From an uncultured Fibrobacterota bacterium (GTDB taxonomy: Bacteria > Fibrobacterota > Chitinivibrionia > Chitinivibrionales > FEN-1185), in contig CAVSQB010000001.1 in the NCBI GenBank assembly GCA_963729895.1, positions 1 through 64,000 of the forward strand: a DNA stretch of 64,000 bases, read 5' to 3'. The notes under the pieces were generated by a model. The model had not been told where the DNA came from. It made no database searches and was given only the letters and a program-made list of their open reading frames with translations. This document shows positions 56,656-64,000 of the stretch, piece by piece. How positions within the stretch are numbered: position 1 is the stretch's first letter; each line of letters opens with the position of its first letter. Position numbers and translations under genes: made by a program.

Positions 56656-57846
56656 TCACTCGACGCGGGTGGCTATTTCTTCTTCCGTCAAAAAGCAGGC
56701 AGGGTCCTCGGCCCAGACGTCGTTGTACACCGCTTCGGCGCGGACCCGGAAATTCCCGTTGCATATGTCCTGCCACACGCAGCGCCCGCATTTGCCGGTG
56801 AGTTTCGCCGCTCGGTCTTTGAGCCCGGCCATGATCGGGTCCGACGCATCGGTCCAGATGTCCTTGAAACTGCGCTGTTTGACATTCCCGAATGAATGAT
56901 GCCTCCAGAACTGATCCGCGTACACCGAGCCGTCCCAGCTTACACAACCGATGCCGATGCCGGAGCTGTTCCCGCCGTTCATTTTCAGCAGCTTGAGCAC
57001 CGCAGCGGCCCGGGGAGAGCCTTCGCGACGCATGCGAAGATACAGGTACACGCCGTCGGCATGGTTGTCCACGGTGAGCACTTCCTTTTGCACGCCGCGC
57101 GTGTGCATGTCCGCGGTGAGGTCGATGATCCGGTCCACCGTCCTGCGGCATTCGGCGGCATCCAGGTCCTCGTCGCGGAGTTTGCTGCCCCGGCCGGCAT
57201 ACACCAGGTGGTAAAAACAGACCCGGGGTATATGTTCCGATTCTAGGAGCTTGAAAATGCCCGGTATCTCGCCCACGTTCCGTTTATTTATCGTAAATCT
57301 GAGCCCGACCTTGACGCCGGCTTTGATGCAATTACGTATGCCGGCAAGGGCATTGTCGTACGCGCCCGTTACCCCGCGGAAACGGTCGTTGACATCACGG
57401 AGCCCGTCAAGGCTGATGCCCACATACGACAACCCGATGTCCCTGAGTTCCGCCGCAACGCTCTCCGTGATCAGCGTGCCGTTGGTGGAAATCACCGCGC
57501 GCATGCCGGCACTGCGGGCGCGTCGCACGAGACGGTACAGGTCCGGCCGCAAAAGGGGTTCACCGCCGGAAAAGAGGAGGACCGGCGCCTTGAATTCGCC
57601 CAGGCCGTCGATGAATGTCTCCGCTTCTTCGGTTGTCAATTCGCCGGAATAGTTTTCGTCGCGCGAGTGGGAATAGCAGTGGACGCACCTGAGGTTGCAC
57701 CGACGCCCCACGTTCCAGACCACGACCGGTTTCTTGTCGAGGGAAAACTGGAGAAGATGCGACGGCAGTTTTGTGGAATCGCGTTCGTACCGGAGTGCGT
57801 CCGACGGTTCGACCGTACCGCAGTACAATTTGGAAATCCCGATCAT
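56656..57846 (-). CDS. ahbC: Radical SAM Fe-coproporphyrin III synthase AhbC
   Basis: MIGISKLYCGTVEPSDALRY...KKPVVVWN..RRCNLRCVHCY, FYHLVYAGRG, TVDNHADG, ADQFW. Confidence 0.92.
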   Translation of the reverse strand: MIGISKLYCGTVEPSDALRYERDSTKLPSHLLQFSLDKKPVVVWNVGRRCNLRCVHCYSHSRDENYSGELTTEEAETFIDGLGEFKAPVLLFSGGEPLLRPDLYRLVRRARSAGMRAVISTNGTLITESVAAELRDIGLSYVGISLDGLRDVNDRFRGVTGAYDNALAGIRNCIKAGVKVGLRFTINKRNVGEIPGIFKLLESEHIPRVCFYHLVYAGRGSKLRDEDLDAAECRRTVDRIIDLTADMHTRGVQKEVLTVDNHADGVYLYLRMRREGSPRAAAVLKLLKMNGGNSSGIGIGCVSWDGSVYADQFWRHHSFGNVKQRSFKDIWTDASDPIMAGLKDRAAKLTGKCGRCVWQDICNGNFRVRAEAVYNDVWAEDPACFLTEEEIATRVE

Positions 57847-59393
57847 GGCTGAAAATACTCCTTTATCGCGTCGATCAAGCCGGGAATCGTGTGCTCCCGG
57901 GCCTCGACGAGCGGCGCGATGCCTCTCGCCTTGAGCGCGGCCGATGTCACCGGACCGATGCTCGCGGCCTTGAGGGTCGGAGCGATCCGTGCGAATTCCC
58001 GTGCGGTGAACAATGAAACAAAATTCTCAAATGTTGACGAACTGGAAAACGTGATCAGGTCGTACCGTGCGTTTTTGATACAATCAACCGCCGACCCGTC
58101 TATCGGGCGCGGCCGGACGGTTCTATACGCCGTCACCACGGCAACTTTCGCTCCCCACTCGGAAAGAGCGTTCGGCAGTACGTCCCGGGCTTTTTCCGCC
58201 CTGGGAAGCAAGACCCTACGGCCTTTCCAGGGTCCATGATCTCTTAGCGACCGGACCAGCCCCTCGGCTATCGCGTTGCGCGCCGTACAATCCACCTTCA
58301 GCCGATATTTCTTGACCACGGCCGTTGTCCCGGGTCCTATACTAGCGATCCGGGTCTTGCCCAACGCACGCACATCGCCCCTTCTTTGAAGCAATAGCTC
58401 GAAAAATGCTTCAACGCCCTTCGGACTCGTAAAAACCACCCAGTCGTATTCCTCAATCTTCGCCATCGCCCGATCCAGCATACCACCCTTCTTCACGGGC
58501 TCGATCCGAATCGTGGGCATCTCGATGGTTTCGGCGCCAAGCTCCGCCAATTTGGCCGACAACTCGGAGGCCTGAGACCGCGCGCGCGTGTTGATAACAC
58601 GCTTACCGAACAGCGGCCTTTGTTCAAACCATCCGATTTTGTTTCGCAACGAAACCACGTCGCCAATTACGGTAATCGCAGGCGGCTTGATCCCTTCTTT
58701 CTTGACGATTTCAGCAATCGTCTTCAACGTTCCCGTTACCGTCCTCTGCGCCGGTTTAGTCCCCCAACGAATCACTGCCACCGGCGTTGCAGGTGATTTA
58801 CCCTGTCTAATTAGTTCGTTTGCGATGGCAGACAAATTTCCGACACCCATGTAAAAAACAAGGGTATCCGCCCCTTTTGCCAGGTGTTCCCATCGGATGG
58901 CCGTGGACGGCTTCCGCGGATCCTCGTTACCCGTGATGAAGGCAACGCTCGATGCCATTGCACGATGGGTAACAGGAATACCGGCGTATGCCGGCGCAGC
59001 AACGCCGGAGGTAACGCCCGGGACAACTTCAAAGGGAATCTCGGATGCGGCCAAGGCTTCACATTCCTCCCCGCCCCGTCCAAAAACGAACGGGTCACCG
59101 CCTTTCAGCCGGACGACATTCTTCCCCTGTAAAGCTTTGTTGACAATGAGCTTGTTTATTTCGTTCTGCTCCAGGGTGTGCTGCGAAGCGGATTTACCAA
59201 CGTATATCTTTTCCGCCGCTGCAGGAGCATGGGCGAGCAGCGCCGGGTCCGAAAGATAGTCGTAAATGACAACATCGGCCCGGGAAAGGAGCTGGGCGCC
59301 CCTCAGGGTGATCAGGCCGGGATCTCCCGGGCCTGCGCCCACGAGATAGACTCTTGTGAGGGCGTTCTTGGGTTTTGCTTTTCGTACGCTCAT
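57843..59393 (-). CDS. cobA: Uroporphyrinogen-III C-methyltransferase / synthase fusion (CobA-HemD)
   Basis: VGAGPGDPGLIT, RLKGGDPFVFGRGGEE; then LFGKRV..TR, VFTS..GV, IGPVT (HemD). Confidence 0.95.
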   Translation of the reverse strand: MSVRKAKPKNALTRVYLVGAGPGDPGLITLRGAQLLSRADVVIYDYLSDPALLAHAPAAAEKIYVGKSASQHTLEQNEINKLIVNKALQGKNVVRLKGGDPFVFGRGGEECEALAASEIPFEVVPGVTSGVAAPAYAGIPVTHRAMASSVAFITGNEDPRKPSTAIRWEHLAKGADTLVFYMGVGNLSAIANELIRQGKSPATPVAVIRWGTKPAQRTVTGTLKTIAEIVKKEGIKPPAITVIGDVVSLRNKIGWFEQRPLFGKRVINTRARSQASELSAKLAELGAETIEMPTIRIEPVKKGGMLDRAMAKIEEYDWVVFTSPKGVEAFFELLLQRRGDVRALGKTRIASIGPGTTAVVKKYRLKVDCTARNAIAEGLVRSLRDHGPWKGRRVLLPRAEKARDVLPNALSEWGAKVAVVTAYRTVRPRPIDGSAVDCIKNARYDLITFSSSSTFENFVSLFTAREFARIAPTLKAASIGPVTSAALKARGIAPLVEAREHTIPGLIDAIKEYFQP

Positions 59394-60310
59394 CGGCTGA
59401 TCCTGATATTGTTCTTTGCGCATTTGTCAATCATTCTCGCGGCAAGGACAGTCCCGGCATTTCCGCATTCGGAAACCGGCACTGCCACAGAATCGCGTAC
59501 CAGTTTGCCGGAGTCCGGATCACCGATTGCGCCGGAGATGGCAAAAGTCTCTCCGTTGATTTTTGCATACACGGCAATCGGAGTCTGGCAACCGCCGCCG
59601 ACTGCCTTCAGAAACTCCCGTTCAGCAGAGATCTCCATCCTGGTAAGGCGGTGATCCACAGTCGCGGCGATTCGCCGGGCGTCCTCGTCCGACTCCCGGC
59701 ATTCGACGGCCAGGCATCCCTGACCGGCCGCGGGCAGGCACAAGTCAAGGGGAAGAATGCCGTTTTCATGATAGACGCGGCCAAGCCTCGACAGTCCGGC
59801 CGCGGCGGCAATGATGCCGTCGTAGCGGTCTTGTTCGAGTTTACGTATCCGCGTGTCGACATTGCCCCGAAGGTCTTTGAACGACAGGTCGGGTCTGGCG
59901 GATTTGAGCTGCACGAGGCGGCGCGGACTGCTGGTGCCCACAACGGCGCCGTGCGGAAGCTCGCCGAACCGGAAATTCTGTTTTGTCACTAGTACGTCAA
60001 ACGGCTCCCTGCGCTCGGGAAAAGCGGCGAGTGTCAAACCGCCCGCTCGTTCCACCGGCACGTCTTTGAGGCTGTGGATGGCGAGATCCGCTTCGCCGGC
60101 GGTGAGCGCCCGCTCAAGCTCCTTGACAAACACGCCAATGCCGCGGAATTGCGAAAGCGGCCTGTCGGTCACCTTGTCACCCGTGGTTGTGAGGGTCAGG
60201 ATTGTGAACACATATTCAGGGTTGAGTTTACTGAAGATTTCAACGAGTTGTTTCGTTTGGGTGAGGGCAAGTGCGCTGCCTCTGGTGACGACTCGGACTT
60301 TCTGCATCAT
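59390..60310 (-). CDS. hemC: Hydroxymethylbilane synthase
   Basis: TRGSALAL.Q, GVFVKELE, HSLKD, GTSSPRR, RGNVDTRIRKL, GGGCQTPI. Confidence 0.97.
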   Translation of the reverse strand: MMQKVRVVTRGSALALTQTKQLVEIFSKLNPEYVFTILTLTTTGDKVTDRPLSQFRGIGVFVKELERALTAGEADLAIHSLKDVPVERAGGLTLAAFPERREPFDVLVTKQNFRFGELPHGAVVGTSSPRRLVQLKSARPDLSFKDLRGNVDTRIRKLEQDRYDGIIAAAAGLSRLGRVYHENGILPLDLCLPAAGQGCLAVECRESDEDARRIAATVDHRLTRMEISAEREFLKAVGGGCQTPIAVYAKINGETFAISGAIGDPDSGKLVRDSVAVPVSECGNAGTVLAARMIDKCAKNNIRISR

Positions 60311-60981
60311 CGGTCCGCCCCTCTTTGGGGAACCGCCGCCGGCAGCTTGACCAATGCAGCACCGGCCAATTCTTTCCGCAGCCGTTGTTCCAGGCGGGCC
60401 GGTTTTCCCGGGTATGCCGAAAGGCTGAGAGATTCCACGGACCGCCAGAACTTCGCCTTGCCGGCCGGCGGGAGCCGTTTGATTTCCGGCCGCATCTTCC
60501 CGAGCTCGGTCACCAAGCGGACGAATTCGTCCGAAACCAATTCCTCGATTTCCCTCCGCAGTTTGGCCGCAAGGGCCGGCGCCGCGCCCCCGGTGGAGAC
60601 CGCGACTTGTATCGGGCCTTTCCTGAAAACGGAAGGGACAAAGAACGTACAGTGTGCCGGATCGTCGACGATGTTTACCGGAATGCCGAGCCTGACGGCG
60701 TCCCGAAACACCCGCTCGTTGACCGCGTTGTCATTCGTCGCGCCGACAACAAGGTTGGTCCTTTTCATGTGCGACGTCCGGTACCGGCCCGGGATCCATT
60801 CGAGGGAGCCCCGTTTCACGAAGGCGGAAAGCCGGGGCGTCAGTTCCGGACTCACCACCGTGACTCCGGCCCCGGCGTCAAGCAGGGCCTCGGCTTTTCT
60901 CCGCGCGACGGTCCCGCCGCCGACGATCAGGCAGCGCACCAGGGGGCCCAAAAGGTATACGGGAAAATACCGTTCATTCAT
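60307..60981 (-). CDS. Precorrin-2 dehydrogenase / sirohydrochlorin ferrochelatase (CysG N-terminal type)
   Basis: LIVGGGTVARRK, ATND, VNIVDDP..C.F..P, AVSTGG..PALA. Confidence 0.9.
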   Translation of the reverse strand: MNERYFPVYLLGPLVRCLIVGGGTVARRKAEALLDAGAGVTVVSPELTPRLSAFVKRGSLEWIPGRYRTSHMKRTNLVVGATNDNAVNERVFRDAVRLGIPVNIVDDPAHCTFFVPSVFRKGPIQVAVSTGGAAPALAAKLRREIEELVSDEFVRLVTELGKMRPEIKRLPPAGKAKFWRSVESLSLSAYPGKPARLEQRLRKELAGAALVKLPAAVPQRGADR

Positions 60982-62278
60982 CGTTTTCCACCTTGAGGTC
61001 GAAAACGGCGGCGACCGTCCGCGCATACGCACCGCCGTCGTCTTCGGAGGCGACTTCCTTGAGAATCTTTGACGGATTGTTAAGAAACTTATTTGTCAAG
61101 GATGTGGTGATTTGCCGGATGAGCCGGCGGGAGGATTCGGGGAGCGCGTTGATCTGCGAGTCGTAGCGCTCCAACTCCTCATCCATGATTTCTTCGAACT
61201 GTTTCCTGAGGGACACAAGCGTGGGCAGTACTTTTTGAGACCTGAACCAGGCATAATATTTTCCAAGTTCTTCCGCGATAATGGTTCCTGCCGTGCCGAT
61301 TTCATGTGCCCGCGCCTTGGAATTTTCCGAAACCACCTGCGAAAGGTCGTCGATGGTAAAAAGAAAAACGTTCTGGATACGGCCCACGTCCGGATGAATG
61401 TCCCGGGGAGCGGCGATATCGATGCAGAACAATGCCCGGTGTTTTCTCTGCGCCATTACCTTCTTCATCTGGTCCGGCGTGAGTATGAAATGCGGGGAGC
61501 AGGTGGAGGAGATGATGATATCGCATTCCGGCAGAACTGCCTCTTTTTCGTCAAGAAGCAGCGCGCTTCCCCCGAATTGTTCCGCCAGCGGCTGGGCGTT
61601 TTCGATGGTCCGGTTGGCGAAATACATCTTCTTTATCCCTGCCGCGGCCAGATGTTTGGCGGTAAGAGTGCTCATTTCCCCGGCGCCGATCACCATCGAC
61701 GTGCGAGCCGAAAGATCGCCGAGAATCTTCTTGGCGAGGTCGACCGCGGCGGACGAGATCGAGAGAACGCCGTCGCTGATTTTCGTTTCCGCCCGCACCC
61801 TTTTTCCGGCCTCGATCCCGATGTGGAAGAGTTTGTTGAGGATGGTTCCGGTGTTTCCCATTTCAACAGCCGTGCGGTACGCGTCTTTGACCTGTCCGAG
61901 GATCTGCGTCTCGCCGATTACCATTGAGTCAAGGCTTGCAATGACGTTAAAAAAATGTTCGGCGGCTTTTTCGCAATGGTAAAAATAGAGGTGCTGTTCG
62001 AATTCCTCCACGGGGACGCCGTGGAAATCGGAAAGAAAACCGAGGAGGCGCCGGCGGCCCGCGGCCGGATCGCGCACAACCGCGTACAACTCCACCCGGT
62101 TGCAGGTGGAAAGTATCAGCGATTCGAGCAGGTCGGGATCCTGAGAGATTTTCTTGAGCCCCGCTTCGAGCTTCTGTCCGGTAAAAAGCAGCCGGTCACG
62201 GAGCTCCGCCTTGGAGCACGAATGGTTCATTCCCAGGAGGACCACATGTTTGCCGGAATCGTTTGGTTTAGTATCCAT
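60974..62278 (-). CDS. hemA: Glutamyl-tRNA reductase
   Basis: LSTCNRVELY, SLDSMVIGETQILGQVK, IGAGEM, DIAAPRDI. Confidence 0.97.
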   Translation of the reverse strand: MDTKPNDSGKHVVLLGMNHSCSKAELRDRLLFTGQKLEAGLKKISQDPDLLESLILSTCNRVELYAVVRDPAAGRRRLLGFLSDFHGVPVEEFEQHLYFYHCEKAAEHFFNVIASLDSMVIGETQILGQVKDAYRTAVEMGNTGTILNKLFHIGIEAGKRVRAETKISDGVLSISSAAVDLAKKILGDLSARTSMVIGAGEMSTLTAKHLAAAGIKKMYFANRTIENAQPLAEQFGGSALLLDEKEAVLPECDIIISSTCSPHFILTPDQMKKVMAQRKHRALFCIDIAAPRDIHPDVGRIQNVFLFTIDDLSQVVSENSKARAHEIGTAGTIIAEELGKYYAWFRSQKVLPTLVSLRKQFEEIMDEELERYDSQINALPESSRRLIRQITTSLTNKFLNNPSKILKEVASEDDGGAYARTVAAVFDLKVENDE

Positions 62279-63080
62279 GTCTTCCCGCCAGGAGCGTGAC
62301 AAGGACAAACGCAAATCCGATTATGGAAATCAAGCACGCGCGCTGGCCGTTCCATCCTTTGCCGATCCGCAAGAGATGTTCGGTGAGATAGGTGATAAGA
62401 ACGAGGCTCGACAGACCGATCTTTACGGAAATCCTTGCGGGAATTCCGACCACCATCTCCATCCAGAGAAAACCGGTCGCGATTCCGAGAATAAGCAAGC
62501 CCAGGCCGAGTGCGTCCACGCGCATGACGGACTCGTCCATGTCCGAAAGAGGAGGAAGGCGCTTGAAGAGGCCGCCCAGATGATGGGACTTGATCTGCCG
62601 GTGTTGCAGAAGATACATGCATGAAATCACGAACGACAGAAGAAAGCAGGAATACGCCAGGAACAACAAGGTGGCGTGCATGACAAAATAGAACGAGTGG
62701 AGCCGGACCGGAAGGGGCATTCCCTGGTTGAGGTATGCGGCGGAGACGCCGGTAATGATGAAGATCACGGGAAAAAGGAATGCCCCGTACCGTATTTCAC
62801 CGAGGAAATGGTCCATTCCGAAAAAGAGAATTGAGGCAATGAACGCGATGAAAAGGAGGCCCCTGAATGCCGTATCGTACGGCAGTCTGTTTTGCTGAAG
62901 AAACAGGACCACGAGAAGCAGAAAATGAAAGCAGACACCGGCAATGAAAAAAAAAGTAGTCCAGGAAAAATGCCTGTCCCTGTTCTTGTAAAATTCGACG
63001 ACATAGCCGGCGGCGACAACGCCGTACAGCAAAGGAACAATAACCCGAAGCGACTGCACGAGGAATTCGAGGTCAACCAT
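62268..63080 (-). CDS. CcsA/HemX-like cytochrome c assembly membrane protein
   Basis: Multi-pass hydrophobic protein with H...YLLQ.R..K...RLPPL..MD; lacks a clear WWD motif. Confidence 0.8.
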   Translation of the reverse strand: MVDLEFLVQSLRVIVPLLYGVVAAGYVVEFYKNRDRHFSWTTFFFIAGVCFHFLLLVVLFLQQNRLPYDTAFRGLLFIAFIASILFFGMDHFLGEIRYGAFLFPVIFIITGVSAAYLNQGMPLPVRLHSFYFVMHATLLFLAYSCFLLSFVISCMYLLQHRQIKSHHLGGLFKRLPPLSDMDESVMRVDALGLGLLILGIATGFLWMEMVVGIPARISVKIGLSSLVLITYLTEHLLRIGKGWNGQRACLISIIGFAFVLVTLLAGRHGY

Positions 63081-63906
63081 AGGCGTGCAAGCCTCCAAGC
63101 ACGAGATTTGCAAAGAAGGTAAGGAGGGTGCACAAAAATCCAATGGAGCTCAGGACGATTGCGCGTGTGCCGACCCAGCCCCGAACGAGCCTGGCGTGAA
63201 GATATGCCGTATACACGAGCCAGACAATAAGGGAACCCACCTCTTTGGGGTCCCAGCTCCAGAATGTGCCCCAGGCCTGCTCCGCCCAAATCGCGCCGGC
63301 AAAGAGGGCCCCTATTGTGAAGAGCGGATACCCTACGGTGACGGCTTTGTAGCTGACAAGGTCAAGCTTCTTCAAGTCGGGCATCCGGTTGCCGAATGCG
63401 GAGTCTTCGGGAAGCGCCTTTTTGATGAAGTACATTATATTGGCTGCGAACCCGACCACAAACGCGGATTCGCCGAGCGCAGCAACCGACACATGGATCT
63501 GCAGCCAGTAGCTGTGAAGGGCAGGCATGAGCCGGATCGACATGTCCTTGGGGAGCAGCGACGCGCTTGCCATGAGCATGAAAATGACCGGGCTGATGAA
63601 GGCGCCGATGATTTGCATTTTGTAAACTCTGAGCGACACGAAATACAGTATGGCCGCAAACCAGGCAAACAAGCTGATGTATTCGAACATGTTTGTAAGC
63701 GGAAGATGGTGTGCGGCGACACTGCGGAGAATGATCGCCATGGTCTGTAAAACCAGGCCGATTCCCATGAGTCCGGTCGCGGCAAAGCTTATTTTTTTCC
63801 GCCCGACGGCCAGAAACACCACATAGAGAAGGCACGCGGCGGAATAGGCGATAAAGGACAGCCAGAAGAATTCAACATCACTTTGCACTATTGCGTGACT
63901 TGCCAT
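63073..63906 (-). CDS. resC: System II cytochrome c synthase subunit (ResC/CcsA family)
   Basis: HLPLTNMFE, PALHSYWLQIHV, GAIWAEQAWGTFWSWDPKE (WWD domain), GLHAY. Confidence 0.93.
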   Translation of the reverse strand: MASHAIVQSDVEFFWLSFIAYSAACLLYVVFLAVGRKKISFAATGLMGIGLVLQTMAIILRSVAAHHLPLTNMFEYISLFAWFAAILYFVSLRVYKMQIIGAFISPVIFMLMASASLLPKDMSIRLMPALHSYWLQIHVSVAALGESAFVVGFAANIMYFIKKALPEDSAFGNRMPDLKKLDLVSYKAVTVGYPLFTIGALFAGAIWAEQAWGTFWSWDPKEVGSLIVWLVYTAYLHARLVRGWVGTRAIVLSSIGFLCTLLTFFANLVLGGLHAYG

Positions 63907-63915
63907 GATTTCTTC

Positions 63916-64000
63916 CTATCGTAGAATTTCCTTCAGCGACGCCCCTGTTCTTTCAAAATCCTTTTGGGAATCGCCGGCGGCTTTGGATGACGTCCAGCCG
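63916..64000 (-). CDS. C-terminal end of upstream gene, probably ResB-like cytochrome c biogenesis protein (partial)
   Basis: Open frame GWTSSKAAGDSQKDFERTGASLKEILR-stop ending 9 bp before resC; identity inferred from position. Confidence 0.5.
   Translation of the reverse strand, partial: GWTSSKAAGDSQKDFERTGASLKEILR

Overview
Bacterial chromosomal window, mostly GC-rich. It is probably from an anaerobe of the FCB group (Fibrobacterota/Chitinivibrionia-like); this is an inference from secreted CAZymes with C-terminal sorting-like domains, a group II GGGP synthase and a siroheme-dependent heme pathway. The left end is the right-hand end of an integrative element sitting inside comM. A large serine recombinase runs through the junction and takes its last codons and its stop from the broken comM gene, and an IS5/IS1182-like element has inserted at the very 5' end of the recombinase. 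Next come a SWIB protein, a GH5, an archaeal-type thymidylate synthase, an isolated tssE-tssF-tssG T6SS baseplate trio bracketed by palindromic elements, pyrR-pyrB-pyrC and an EndoQ-UvrD fusion. An accessory block follows (WG-repeat protein, a ~190-bp MITE, lipoproteins, a single-chain type IIG-like RM enzyme, GH105). The right half holds galT, a ppx-ppk1-(HD/CHAD/SixA) polyphosphate operon, recA-alaS-GGGPS, adk, a radical SAM + MenA-like prenyltransferase pair, and a long cytochrome c biogenesis/alternative heme (Ahb) operon. I found no tRNA, rRNA, CRISPR array or reverse transcriptase. All calls come from motif recognition by eye; no searches were run.
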